From contig CAZHDZ010000006.1 in the NCBI GenBank assembly GCA_964531275.1, forward strand, positions 14,963 to 78,962: DNA of 64,000 nucleotides. Direction: 5' to 3'. The DNA is from an uncultured Gammaproteobacteria bacterium. GTDB lineage: Bacteria; Patescibacteriota; Microgenomatia; Levybacterales; GWA1-39-11. Shown piece after piece: positions 27,577 through 37,697 of this stretch (position 1 is the first letter of the stretch; every line of letters begins with the position of its first letter). Both the position numbers and the translations under genes were made by a program. The notes under the pieces were generated by a model. It searched no databases, was not told the DNA's origin, and saw only the letters and a list, made by a program, of their open reading frames with translations.

Positions 27577-30436
27577 CTGCTCCTATGGTTGGCATTGGAG
27601 TTGTAGGGGTAGCAGAAGGCTGGGTTTGATCTGCAGTAAATGGATCAAATGGCGCTGGTGCCATCGGATTTTGGATTGGAGTGTACGGATCAACTACCAT
27701 ACCATTTGATTGGGAAGGAGGTGCTACTGGAGCCTGTTGAACCGCTTGACCTTGGGGAACTTGTTGGGACGCACCGTCAGGAGAAGGTGGCATTCCATTT
27801 GTTGGTGGCTGTGGTGCTTGTCCTTGCGGCTCTGCTCCCGGAGCGACTGGCACTGGAGTAGTCTTTACAAATAGATACTCTCCTTTTGCAGTGTCATAAT
27901 CAACCTTTATAGTATCCCCAGCTAAAAATTCTTGACCGATAATTTTTAAACTGATAGGGTTTTCGATTACATTTTGTATAAGGCGTCTTAATGGACGAGC
28001 TCCATAAATTGGGTCAAAGCCCTCATCACCAAGCTTTTCAAGGGCAAGATCAGAAATTTCCAATACAAATCCCTGCTCCTTTAATAACTTCGCAGTTTTA
28101 CCAATATTTATTTTTGCAATAAGCTTCATGTCCTGCTTCCTTAACGGCTTAAAAATAACAACTCCATCAAAACGATTTACCAGTTCTGGTCTAAAGAATT
28201 TAGTCAACTCATCCATAAGCTTCTTTGAAAGATCAGCAAATACTTTTTGCGCTGCTGGATCTTGATTTGGAGTCTTCGGAATTGCAGCAACTGCCCCATT
28301 TGCACTGGCGATTGTAGGGGTAGTAGTTGGAACAGCCTGATTTTGAGTTGAAGCAGACGCCCCAGTGTCGCCTGGGAGTCCTGGTGTAGCAGGAGTCGCA
28401 CCTTGAGCCTTTTCACTTGCAGTCTTCGCGTTAGTCAATGCTTCCTGAATCAAATTGCTTCCAATATTTGAAGTGGCTACAACAATAGTATTCTTAAAAG
28501 AAATTGTATTTCCCTTATTATCAGTTAGCCTTCCATCTTCAAGAAGTTGAAGTAATATATTAAATACATCAGGATGTGCTTTTTCGACTTCATCTAGTAG
28601 GACTATTGAGTATGGTTTTGCGCGTACGGCTTCAGTAAGTTGTCCCCCTTCTTCGTACCCTACATATCCTGGAGGTGCACCAATAAGCTTTGCCACCTCA
28701 TGCTTTTCCATGTATTCAGACATGTCCAATCTAACCATGGCATCATCACGACCAAACAATATCTCGGCTAAGGTCTTTGCCAGTTCTGTTTTTCCAACAC
28801 CCGTTGGTCCAAGGAAAATAAATGAAGCAATTGGCCTGTTGGCTGCTGCCAATCCAATTCTTCCACGCCTAACGGCCTCCGACACTGCGGCAACAGCTTC
28901 TTCTTGATCAATAAGTCTCTGGTGTATCAGGTCTTCAAGTTGCAAAAGCTTTTTCCCCTCGTCTTCCGTAAGTTTTGTTATAGGAATACCTGTCCAATCC
29001 GAAACAACCTTCTCAATATCAGCTCTTGATACATTTCCGTCGGTCCTTTGGCCTTGTGCAAGCTTCAACTTTACTTCAGCAGCTGCTTCATCCAATAAAT
29101 CAATTGCTTTGTCTGGCAAGAAACGCTCCCCAACATATTTCTTAGACAGTGTCACTGAGAATTTGATTGCATCCGGAGTAAGCACTACATTATGATATTT
29201 TTCGTATTTCTCCTTTAAGACATCAAGCATTTTCATAGCTGTCTCTTCATCTGGCTCATCAACTATTACTGACTGAAAACGCCTCTGAAAAGCCTTGTCT
29301 TTTTCAAAATACTTTCTATATTCTGCAGTGGTTGTTGTGCCAATTAGTTGCAATTGTCCACGAGCCAAGTAAGGCTTTATTATGTTAGATGCGTCCATTG
29401 CGCCTCCTCCTTCTTCCCCAGCGCCAATGAGCGTATGTATTTCATCAATGAAAAGCAGAATCTTTCCGCTTGAAATCTGCACCTCTTTAATGACATTTTT
29501 AAGTCTTTCTTCAAACTCTCCTCTATGTGAAGCTCCGGCGATTAAAGCTGCTAGATCAAGCTCTATAATTTGCTTATCCTTCAGCTGGTCTGGCACATTT
29601 CCTTTAACAATATTTTCAGATAAGCCTTCAATTACAGCTGTTTTTCCAACCCCTGCTTCACCAATAATGATTGGGTTATTCTTAGTGCGGCGCAGTAATA
29701 TATGAGTAAGCCTTTCTATTTCTTTATCACGCCCAATAACAGGATCTAATTTTCCGTCTCTTGCCTCAGCAGTTAGATCTATTCCAAATTGCTCCAATAC
29801 GGTCTTTTTACCTGCAGCTTGAAAAGTAGGGTTTTTTGAAAGATTCTTTTCAAGTCCTTCTTTTTGTACACCTTTAGTGGTGAGATATTGAGCTGTGCTC
29901 TCAGAATTAAATAAGGAGAGCAGAATATCTTCCGGGGTAATAAAGCTTGACCCTCTATTCTTAGCCATAGTAAATGCATCATCAAAAATCTTTTGAGAAG
30001 TAGGCGAAAGAGTGGGTATTCCATCTGAAGTTCCCGGTGTCTGCTTTTGCTGTAGCTCTCGTGCAAGATCTCCTGCATTCACCGAAAACTCCTGCATAGT
30101 CTTATAAATCTCTTTGTCATATAGCAAACCAAGAAGAACGATATCTGGGTTAATTTGCGAAAGTCTGGCTTTTTTCGCTTCACTTTGGGCTTGCTGGAGA
30201 ACTTGATTGGCTCGCGCATCTAGATGAGTAAGGCTTTCGACATTCTGTCTTTTAACAGGATCCATACCACCGGGAGAAGTAGGCGTTTCTACGACCTGCT
30301 GCGGCACAGGGGCTATGCCAATACCCCCCTGCATACCTTGATTTGGCATGCCTTGCTGATCAGACATACTAGGGTCCATTACGCCATCTTCACCGTATTT
30401 TTTATTACTGAACAAATTTCCAAACATATTACTCAT
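27551..30436 (-). CDS. clpC: Hsp100/Clp-family double-AAA+ ATPase (ClpC/ClpA-type: Clp_N repeats, both AAA modules intact, no M-domain), with Q/M/P-rich N- and C-terminal extensions and a ~55-aa low-complexity insert at the position of the ClpP-binding loop
   Basis: GEAGVGKTA / LLFIDEIH in D1; GPTGVGKTE / VLLDEVEKAH / ATSNIG / GARPLRR in D2. D1 and D2 are nearly contiguous. The insert follows the sensor-1 ATSNIG of D2. Confidence 0.85.
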   Translation of the reverse strand: MSNMFGNLFSNKKYGEDGVMDPSMSDQQGMPNQGMQGGIGIAPVPQQVVETPTSPGGMDPVKRQNVESLTHLDARANQVLQQAQSEAKKARLSQINPDIVLLGLLYDKEIYKTMQEFSVNAGDLARELQQKQTPGTSDGIPTLSPTSQKIFDDAFTMAKNRGSSFITPEDILLSLFNSESTAQYLTTKGVQKEGLEKNLSKNPTFQAAGKKTVLEQFGIDLTAEARDGKLDPVIGRDKEIERLTHILLRRTKNNPIIIGEAGVGKTAVIEGLSENIVKGNVPDQLKDKQIIELDLAALIAGASHRGEFEERLKNVIKEVQISSGKILLFIDEIHTLIGAGEEGGGAMDASNIIKPYLARGQLQLIGTTTTAEYRKYFEKDKAFQRRFQSVIVDEPDEETAMKMLDVLKEKYEKYHNVVLTPDAIKFSVTLSKKYVGERFLPDKAIDLLDEAAAEVKLKLAQGQRTDGNVSRADIEKVVSDWTGIPITKLTEDEGKKLLQLEDLIHQRLIDQEEAVAAVSEAVRRGRIGLAAANRPIASFIFLGPTGVGKTELAKTLAEILFGRDDAMVRLDMSEYMEKHEVAKLIGAPPGYVGYEEGGQLTEAVRAKPYSIVLLDEVEKAHPDVFNILLQLLEDGRLTDNKGNTISFKNTIVVATSNIGSNLIQEALTNAKTASEKAQGATPATPGLPGDTGASASTQNQAVPTTTPTIASANGAVAAIPKTPNQDPAAQKVFADLSKKLMDELTKFFRPELVNRFDGVVIFKPLRKQDMKLIAKINIGKTAKLLKEQGFVLEISDLALEKLGDEGFDPIYGARPLRRLIQNVIENPISLKIIGQEFLAGDTIKVDYDTAKGEYLFVKTTPVPVAPGAEPQGQAPQPPTNGMPPSPDGASQQVPQGQAVQQAPVAPPSQSNGMVVDPYTPIQNPMAPAPFDPFTADQTQPSATPTTPMPTIGADGTQMQPA

Positions 30437-30455
30437 TATTCATTATATGCAGATA

Positions 30456-32756
30456 CTAATTTGAAACGCCAGGAGGTCCACCTTGCCCCTCATCTTTTTT
30501 CTCCGGTGTTTCCTCTTCTGGAAGCTCTCTTTGCATTGTCATTTCAGCATGGCCCTCTTGGGTCTTGTTGTCAGCTCTATCAACCATTGTGTCATCCTCT
30601 TCCTTCTTACTATCAACGGACGTCATCACCGATTTTGCAGCTTCAAGTTTTGCCTTCAAGTAGGATACGACCTCAGTCTTAGAGAATCCTCCCAGGAGTA
30701 AAAATGGCAATATATTAGCCACTCTTTCCATTCCCTTATCTACATTCTCTTGGCTTTCTGAGCTAAGGAGATTGATCGTTTCCGTAATATTTTCAATGTC
30801 TGTCTGAAGGAAGGTATGCTTATCGGTTGGTATTCCATTCGCTCCGATTGGCGTCTCAATATTTTGATAATTTTCCTGCCACATTTTCTTAACATCCTCG
30901 TATTCTTCTATGCTCACTTGCTGAACTTGGTTTGTTTGAGGGAGTGAAACATCTTTAATTCCTGCTGTTGCTTGTGGTTTTTGACCAGGAATAACAGCTC
31001 TTGTCTTACTATTAACCTGCTCAGAGACACGAGAGGCCGACAATACATTGCCCGCAAGCTTATCACCTTGTTTTTGCTGAGAGATAAGTTTTTCTTTTAT
31101 TGTTGTAAATTTCTCCCTATCCATAGATCCCATAACGGTTGTAGGTTTTGAGATCTTCTCTAATGTTTCGTGGAAATTATTTACTTCGGTCTTTGAGACA
31201 GTGTCATGCTTTGTCATGGATGTTTCGTATCGAGCAATATCTCTCATCTTTGGAATTGAAAGATTAGCAAGCTTTAGCACATCCCTTGTCTCTCTTACTG
31301 TCTGCAAACTTGAGAGGGAGGCTCTTTCAATAGATGAAGTAGATGAAGATGTCTGGCTAGTGTTAGTGTTGGTGTTCGTATTCGTGTTGGTATTAGTATT
31401 TGTGTTGAGCTTCGAATTAAATATTGAACTTGAATTCGAATTTACCTTTGAAATTGTGTTTGTAGCCGAATTTGAGATGGTCCTCCCGGCAGGCATCTCC
31501 ATTGATCTTTTATTAAAGAATGGCAAAGCTTTTGCCATACCAAAAGGTGCAGGAACAGGCGGCGGAGAACCCGGAGGTGGGGGAGGATTTTGATAGGCCC
31601 GATTAAACCAGGAGTTATTCGTTATCTTCTTAACAACAGGGTTTTCAGAAATTGATACAGAGCTAAGATAATCAAGAAATATCTGCAACAAAAGGAATGG
31701 CAATAGAATAACAACCCAAAGCATGAGAAGTGCTACTACATATAACGCAAAGGTGTCGCTCAGATTTACAGAATTTGCTATATCTATTTGTTGTCCTGGG
31801 CCTCCAAGAAGAATATTGATTGCTGTGGGATAAGTCTGCTTTCCCCCTACGCTTGAGAAGTCAAAATACATAGGAATCCCACTTCTCCACACATTAACTA
31901 AGCCATGCAGAAATAATGCAAAAAGGGGTGCATAAAAAAGCCATCTGAAAAATTCCCCAATCCAAATTTTTGCTGTATTTCTAACCGGCCGGAAAAATAA
32001 TAATAAAGGAAACACTGGAGATACAATTAAGAAAAACCACAAGATAATTTTTCTAATAAGAAGAATTCCGGTCATCACATAGTAGGTAACAGCAGTAAGT
32101 TTAACCAACAGCAGAGATATAAATGCAGACTCATCAAACTCAATTCCAGGAATTCTATAACCAATAAAATTCTCGTAATCAAATGCGATGTAAAGAAGAT
32201 CTTCCGGTCCAATATTTTTTGTCACATTCGGATCTTCTAGGGAAGGCACCGATAAGAAGAATCCCTGGACAACGTCAGTTGCCTGATACATAAAGCGTAT
32301 AAGCCCATATGAAAAATAGATAAGAATAACTATTCCTATAAAAAGTGGGATGAATTTCATGACAGTTAGGTTCTGCCCGCGGGTTATTATCATTACAAAG
32401 GCAGCTCCAAGCACAAAAAGGCCCAGAAGGGCAAATACAACATAGGTAACCCTGCTCCAAAATTCTTGAATTGGATCTTGAGCGCCATTTGCGGGCAGCG
32501 TTATCCAACGGTAATTTTCTTCGGAGAGAGTCCACTTCAAAAAATCATTTGCACGTGTTGCAGTCTTACCAACAAAGGTAACCTCTTGATCTTTTACGAA
32601 GCTTGGTTGAGCACTTGTTGATGATGCTGCTATTTGAGCATCGGGAGAAAGTATGATTGAAGATTGCGCATTAGAAGTCCCAACGTAGCCTAAAAATCCC
32701 ATCGCAAAAAAAGCGATTACCAAAGCTATTTTAATCTTGGACAGTTTTTTTTGCAT
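30456..32756 (-). CDS. Large polytopic membrane protein (signal peptide, ~80-aa extracytoplasmic domain, 6 TM, ~400-aa low-complexity C-terminal region with an (NT)8 repeat and a PPPPPGSPPP stretch); topology resembles VirB6/TrbL-family proteins
   Basis: Hydrophobicity layout from the translation. The VirB6-like assignment rests on architecture only, not on a recognised sequence motif. Confidence 0.45.
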   Translation of the reverse strand: MQKKLSKIKIALVIAFFAMGFLGYVGTSNAQSSIILSPDAQIAASSTSAQPSFVKDQEVTFVGKTATRANDFLKWTLSEENYRWITLPANGAQDPIQEFWSRVTYVVFALLGLFVLGAAFVMIITRGQNLTVMKFIPLFIGIVILIYFSYGLIRFMYQATDVVQGFFLSVPSLEDPNVTKNIGPEDLLYIAFDYENFIGYRIPGIEFDESAFISLLLVKLTAVTYYVMTGILLIRKIILWFFLIVSPVFPLLLFFRPVRNTAKIWIGEFFRWLFYAPLFALFLHGLVNVWRSGIPMYFDFSSVGGKQTYPTAINILLGGPGQQIDIANSVNLSDTFALYVVALLMLWVVILLPFLLLQIFLDYLSSVSISENPVVKKITNNSWFNRAYQNPPPPPGSPPPVPAPFGMAKALPFFNKRSMEMPAGRTISNSATNTISKVNSNSSSIFNSKLNTNTNTNTNTNTNTNTSQTSSSTSSIERASLSSLQTVRETRDVLKLANLSIPKMRDIARYETSMTKHDTVSKTEVNNFHETLEKISKPTTVMGSMDREKFTTIKEKLISQQKQGDKLAGNVLSASRVSEQVNSKTRAVIPGQKPQATAGIKDVSLPQTNQVQQVSIEEYEDVKKMWQENYQNIETPIGANGIPTDKHTFLQTDIENITETINLLSSESQENVDKGMERVANILPFLLLGGFSKTEVVSYLKAKLEAAKSVMTSVDSKKEEDDTMVDRADNKTQEGHAEMTMQRELPEEETPEKKDEGQGGPPGVSN
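31358..31408 (-). repeat. Short tandem GT-rich repeat encoding (Asn-Thr)8 within the 766-aa membrane protein
   Basis: Plus-strand tgttagtgttggtgttcgtattcgtgttggtattagtatttgtgtt; translated on the minus strand as NTNTNTNTNTNTNTNT. Confidence 0.6.
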
Positions 32757-32759
32757 AGG

Positions 32760-33074
32760 CTACGAAAAACCAGGTATTTTCAAGATATTTCCAGCGATTA
32801 CAGATATAAAAACAAAGCCGAAAATAGCAAGAAGAATTCCTATAATTGCGTATGTTATATAAGACTTGCCTTTCTGTACGCTCATTGGGTCTCCTCTTGA
32901 AAGTAACAGGTGATAACCTCCAATAATGAGAAACAGGAGGCCAACCAAACCTATGAGCCCAAGCCCCCATCCATAGAATGAAGTGACAAATCCTACAGGA
33001 TTGTTGGGAAGACATCCAAAGTCTGTCTTTATAGATAATGCTGGATCACAGATTTCCCCTAGCGTTGAAGCCAT
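32760..33074 (-). CDS. 104-aa 2-TM miniprotein: Cys-containing N-region, TM1, short charged loop (SRGDPMSVQKGKS), TM2, short tail; VirB2/TrbC pilin-like architecture
   Basis: Translation. The layout parallels mature VirB2/TrbC pilins. 3-nt spacing to the downstream VirB6-like gene. Confidence 0.4.
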   Translation of the reverse strand: MASTLGEICDPALSIKTDFGCLPNNPVGFVTSFYGWGLGLIGLVGLLFLIIGGYHLLLSRGDPMSVQKGKSYITYAIIGILLAIFGFVFISVIAGNILKIPGFS

Positions 33075-33142
33075 ACAACATTAATAGTAGCATCAATCGG
33101 ACAGATAAAACAACACGTTTTGCAAAATTTACTCTGTAGAAT

Positions 33143-35242
33143 TTACTCTATTACACTTCCCCAAACAACTGCCGTAAAGTCCTTTCGGACTAGAGGACTG
33201 AACTGAATCTTTGTAGGTACAATTTCAGATGCGCCTTGTAGTTTTTTTGCGTAGAAGATGTGAGACATAAATGCTCTTGGCTGAGGTGAAACACTCACAG
33301 AAAGCAATTCTTTTACCTTTTCCTGAGGCAATGTGCTGAAGAATATATAGGGTGAATCTGACAACTCACCACCAAAGAAATCTACTATATCCTCTACCTC
33401 CCGAGTGTTAAAGCCTAAGCTATACGCATAGTCTGCAATCCCCTTTCGAAGCTCTTTTTGAGATAGTACAACTCCAGAAGTAGGGGTTGATACGCTTCCG
33501 CGAGGAAAATCATAATCAATTTTTTTATACACACCATCTGCAAAACCTAGGTCTCCATTACTATTTGCTTCAAAATTCCATGAATTATTAGAAAGGCTTG
33601 GCACCGCAGAATCTCTACTTATGGGAGTTACCGGAGAGATGCTAACCTTTTTCTTATCCGCACTATAGACATAAATTGGGCAAGCTTCACATGCTTCATA
33701 ATTGGGGTATCCTTTCTTTTCCCATTCCTCTTCACATTCTGAACGAGGATTCTTGCGTACACGCTTTGGCTCTACAGGAACAAAAGTTCCAAGCTTAAGC
33801 TGCCTTGTCATCGTTGTTAGTTCATCAACGAGCTTTTTATTTCTTTCGATTCCTATTTTTTCTTGAGGTAACTTGGGCATAACAGATATAAATTCAAAGC
33901 TATTTGATTTATCAGGCGTTATAGTTGATATCAGTGATTTAGTCGACAAATTATAAATCTTAATTGAACTAAGCTTATTCTTATAACCGGATGGTCCTAT
34001 GCCATTACCAGTCCCCAAATTACCTCGAAATTCAATTTCATTTCCAACAAGTACAGTCTTATCTCCTGAAGGCAACTCCCCCACACTGAGTATTCTCATT
34101 GCATTTTCTGCCTTACCAACGATTGTTTGCTTGGTAAATTTTCCATCTTTATCTTTGTGAATAAGCTGTATCTCTGAGAAGGCAAGAGTCGAAGCACCAC
34201 CAACAGAATCTATCTTATATACTTCAGCTACAATTTCCATCTCCCCATCGGGACTCCCCGATACATACACAGGGTGTTTGTAATGCTCGCCTTGATCTCC
34301 AGGTGCTACGGTTACGACATTTTTCGATTCGAGATCATAAGTCTTTACGATATTTGTATTTACAATCTGGTCGCGGGTGCTATCAACATCCCCAGTTGAG
34401 GGCAGCTTGGAATTGCGACTATCAAACGAAGAAAAGAGAAGGTATTGCTGCTTGAATAAATAAGGATTACTGTTGTAGGTATTTAAAGGCAATATAACGT
34501 TCAGTGACTCATCTTTAAAGCCATAGTACAGTGCATAGCTACTCGGAATTATTGAATCAAAATACACGTTACCTGCATTTGTAATTAAAGAGGGCAATGT
34601 AATTTGAATACCTACGTCTGCTTGTTGCTCTGTCAGCCTGACAGGAGAAAGTGTGCCTTTGCTTTTTACTGCTTCTTCTAAATTAGCCTTATAAACTCGG
34701 TAGAAGTCTCTGTCGTGAGAATAACCATTTTCATCAGGGGCCTTTATTTCATACCATGCAACCCATTTATTGTCTTGCGAAAGCACATACCTATCGATTT
34801 TGTAGTCATCTTCAGGAGTATAAATTTTTCTAGTTGTACCATCTGGGCCACCTGAACTTGCGGCAATTTCCCTAAGTCCAAAAGCTCCACCGGCATCCCC
34901 ATAGTCAGTATCAGCAACATAGAATATATTTTTTCCGTCAGAAAGAGGGGTTGCAAATTTTATCTTGCTCTCAAGTAGAGTGACTGGTGAATTATTGACT
35001 CCAGAATCATTTACTGCAGAAATCGAAGTTGAATCTTCGCCCATTTCACCGTAAATAATGGTATTTACCGAGGAACGATCATCTTTAAGATCAGTCTGAT
35101 TTTCCTTTGGAATCTCTTTTCTAATGGTCCCCGGCTTTCCATTTTGGTTAGCTACACCAACAAAACCCAAGCCCAAGGCAATGACTGCAATAACAAGAAT
35201 AAGGGAGGATTTATTTTGGGACAGCTTCTCAACGCTTACCAT
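33143..35242 (-). CDS. Large (699 aa) N-terminally anchored extracytoplasmic protein, beta-rich, with a Cys cluster (CEEEWEKKGYPNYEACEACP); function unknown
   Basis: ORF track. Single N-terminal TM LILVIAVIALGLGFVGV. Confidence 0.5.
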   Translation of the reverse strand: MVSVEKLSQNKSSLILVIAVIALGLGFVGVANQNGKPGTIRKEIPKENQTDLKDDRSSVNTIIYGEMGEDSTSISAVNDSGVNNSPVTLLESKIKFATPLSDGKNIFYVADTDYGDAGGAFGLREIAASSGGPDGTTRKIYTPEDDYKIDRYVLSQDNKWVAWYEIKAPDENGYSHDRDFYRVYKANLEEAVKSKGTLSPVRLTEQQADVGIQITLPSLITNAGNVYFDSIIPSSYALYYGFKDESLNVILPLNTYNSNPYLFKQQYLLFSSFDSRNSKLPSTGDVDSTRDQIVNTNIVKTYDLESKNVVTVAPGDQGEHYKHPVYVSGSPDGEMEIVAEVYKIDSVGGASTLAFSEIQLIHKDKDGKFTKQTIVGKAENAMRILSVGELPSGDKTVLVGNEIEFRGNLGTGNGIGPSGYKNKLSSIKIYNLSTKSLISTITPDKSNSFEFISVMPKLPQEKIGIERNKKLVDELTTMTRQLKLGTFVPVEPKRVRKNPRSECEEEWEKKGYPNYEACEACPIYVYSADKKKVSISPVTPISRDSAVPSLSNNSWNFEANSNGDLGFADGVYKKIDYDFPRGSVSTPTSGVVLSQKELRKGIADYAYSLGFNTREVEDIVDFFGGELSDSPYIFFSTLPQEKVKELLSVSVSPQPRAFMSHIFYAKKLQGASEIVPTKIQFSPLVRKDFTAVVWGSVIE

Positions 35243-35246
35243 AGCA

Positions 35247-35729
35247 TTAGCTCTTCTTTACTATATTAATTTCAATCTTATCTAAATCTTTAAGAAGAAT
35301 CCATCGGTAAAAAGCCGATACTTTTTTATCATTCTTTTTTATCGTTATTTCATAACCATCAAACTCACGTATGCCACCTATCTGAGTGTCGCTGAAAGTA
35401 GTCCCCATAGTGTCAAAGAAATCTCCAAGAAAGAATGGAAACGGGATTGGATATTCCATATGTATAAGACCTGTTGCATCATGCGTATGTAGGGGGTGCA
35501 TACATGCGGTTGTTAATCCTATATTTGCCGGTACTAAAACGTCTACACCGTCTTGAATAATTTTAAGTTGTGTATGAGTATGCGTCGGACTATTATCAAT
35601 ATGCTCAACACACTGCATAAAAGCCAACTTTCTGAAGTGAAAAAATAGTATCGCAAAAATCAAAACCCCAAGGAAAAAATAAACGACAATCAGGACAACT
35701 TTACTACTAACACGATTTTTTCTAGCCAC
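35247..35729 (-). CDS. 160-aa N-terminally anchored protein with His-rich motifs (HTHTQ, CMHPLHTHD)
   Basis: ORF track. One TM. Immediately downstream of dnaK with a 4-nt gap to the next gene. Confidence 0.45.
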   Translation of the reverse strand: MARKNRVSSKVVLIVVYFFLGVLIFAILFFHFRKLAFMQCVEHIDNSPTHTHTQLKIIQDGVDVLVPANIGLTTACMHPLHTHDATGLIHMEYPIPFPFFLGDFFDTMGTTFSDTQIGGIREFDGYEITIKKNDKKVSAFYRWILLKDLDKIEINIVKKS

Positions 35730-35765
35730 CTATTTAGGATAGCATTTGCGGAGGAAAATAAAAGA

Positions 35766-37685
35766 TTAATTAACGACTTGACCTTCTTCGGCATCATCTT
35801 TCTTTGTCGTATCATCATTAGACTCTTCTGAGGAATCATCTTTCTTGTCTTCTGTATCCGTATTTTCACCCGACGAAGCAGAATCTTCTGGCTTTTTAGC
35901 ATACATTTTTTCGCCCACCTTTGAAATTTTTTCAGAAAGATCTTTTGTCTTTGCCTCAATTTCTTCCTTATCTTCACCGTCTTTTACCTTTTTAAGATTC
36001 TCAATCGCTTCCTCAACGTCTTTCTTGTCAGATTCTTCAACTTTACCCTCCATATCTTTCATAGATTTTTCAGCAGTAAATATTAAGTTGTCTGCACTAT
36101 TCTTAACTTCAATTAGCTCCTTCTTTTTGGCATCTTCCTCCGCATGAGCTTCAGCATCTTGAGTCATCTTCTTAATCTCATCGTCAGTAAGACCGGTGGA
36201 GCCAGTAATTTTAATGCTCTGCTCTTTACCCGTTGCCTTATCTTGTGCTTTTACTGATAGGATTCCAGATGCATCGATGTCAAAGGTTACTTCAACCTGA
36301 GGGACACCTCTTGGTGCTGGAGGAATTCCATCAAGGATAAATCTTCCCAAAGACTTATTATCATTTGCCATTGGACGCTCTCCCTGAACAACATTAATTT
36401 CAACCTGTGTCTGATTGTCGGCGGCTGTTGAAAATACTTGAGACTTCTTGCTTGGAATAGTTGTATTTTTTTCAATAAGAGGAGTTGCTACTCCACCCAT
36501 TGTTTCGATACCAAGAGTTAATGGAGTAACATCCAAAAGCAAAACGTCTTTCACTTCTCCGCCTAATACTCCCGCCTGAACAGCAGCTCCAACAGCTACG
36601 ACTTCGTCAGGATTTACGCTTTTATTTGGTTCTTTTCCGAAGAATTTAGAAACTTCTTCTATAATCTTTGGCATTCTTGTCATTCCTCCAACAAGAATTA
36701 CTTCATCGATACCTGATTTTTCTACTTTTGCATCTTTAAGTGCCTGCTTTACAGGACCAAATGATTTTTCAATAAGTGGGGCAACAAGTCCCTCAAGCTT
36801 AGATCTGGAGATTTTAACGGTTAGATGCAGTGGTCCTGAAGGGCCTTGAGTTATAAATGGTTGGTTAATTTCAGCCTCCATCGAGCTTGATAACTCAATT
36901 TTTGCTTTTTCTGCTGACTCCTTAAGTCGCTGAAGAGCTTGAGGATCAGTGCGAAGATCTATACCATTCTCTTTCTTAAATTCATCGGCCAAATAATCTA
37001 TGAGTACCTGATCAAAATCATCTCCTCCAAGATGGGTGTCTCCATTTGTTGCCTTAACTTCATACACACCGTCTCCAAGCTCAAGGACAGAGATATCGAA
37101 TGTTCCTCCGCCAAGATCATAAACAGCAACTGTATGTGCATGTTTTTTATCAAGACCGTAAGCAAGAGCAGCGGCTGTTGGTTCATTTACGATTCTAAGC
37201 ACTTCAAGCCCGGCAATTTCTCCAGCCTGCTTTGTAGCTTGGCGCTGGGCATCATCAAAATAAGCAGGAACAGTAATAACCGCTTGCGTTACTTTATCTC
37301 CCAAATAATCCTCAGCATCCTTCTTAAGTTTTTGAAGAATTTGAGCTGATACCTCTTGAGGCGTGAAGGTTTTTCCATCTACTTCTACGACAGCCATTCC
37401 TTCACGTCCTGATGTAACTGTATAGGGAAGAAGCTTCATGTCTCTTTGGACAGATTCATCTTTCAACTTTCTCCCCATGAGTCTTTTGACGGAGAATATT
37501 ACCTTCTTTGGCTTAAGAACCATTTGTCTTTTTGCAACATCTCCCACAACCCTATCGATTGGATCAACGACTGAAGGGGTGGTATTTCTTCCTTCTGAAG
37601 AAAAGATAACCTTTGGAGATCCTCCCTCCATGACAGCCATACAAGAGTTTGTTGTTCCTAAATCTATACCTATAATTTTTCCCAT
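35766..37685 (-). CDS. dnaK: Molecular chaperone DnaK (Hsp70) with extended acidic C-terminal tail
   Basis: [21 protein letters not shown], and [11 protein letters not shown] signatures. Confidence 0.97.
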   Translation of the reverse strand: MGKIIGIDLGTTNSCMAVMEGGSPKVIFSSEGRNTTPSVVDPIDRVVGDVAKRQMVLKPKKVIFSVKRLMGRKLKDESVQRDMKLLPYTVTSGREGMAVVEVDGKTFTPQEVSAQILQKLKKDAEDYLGDKVTQAVITVPAYFDDAQRQATKQAGEIAGLEVLRIVNEPTAAALAYGLDKKHAHTVAVYDLGGGTFDISVLELGDGVYEVKATNGDTHLGGDDFDQVLIDYLADEFKKENGIDLRTDPQALQRLKESAEKAKIELSSSMEAEINQPFITQGPSGPLHLTVKISRSKLEGLVAPLIEKSFGPVKQALKDAKVEKSGIDEVILVGGMTRMPKIIEEVSKFFGKEPNKSVNPDEVVAVGAAVQAGVLGGEVKDVLLLDVTPLTLGIETMGGVATPLIEKNTTIPSKKSQVFSTAADNQTQVEINVVQGERPMANDNKSLGRFILDGIPPAPRGVPQVEVTFDIDASGILSVKAQDKATGKEQSIKITGSTGLTDDEIKKMTQDAEAHAEEDAKKKELIEVKNSADNLIFTAEKSMKDMEGKVEESDKKDVEEAIENLKKVKDGEDKEEIEAKTKDLSEKISKVGEKMYAKKPEDSASSGENTDTEDKKDDSSEESNDDTTKKDDAEEGQVVN

Positions 37686-37697
37686 AATTTATTTAGT

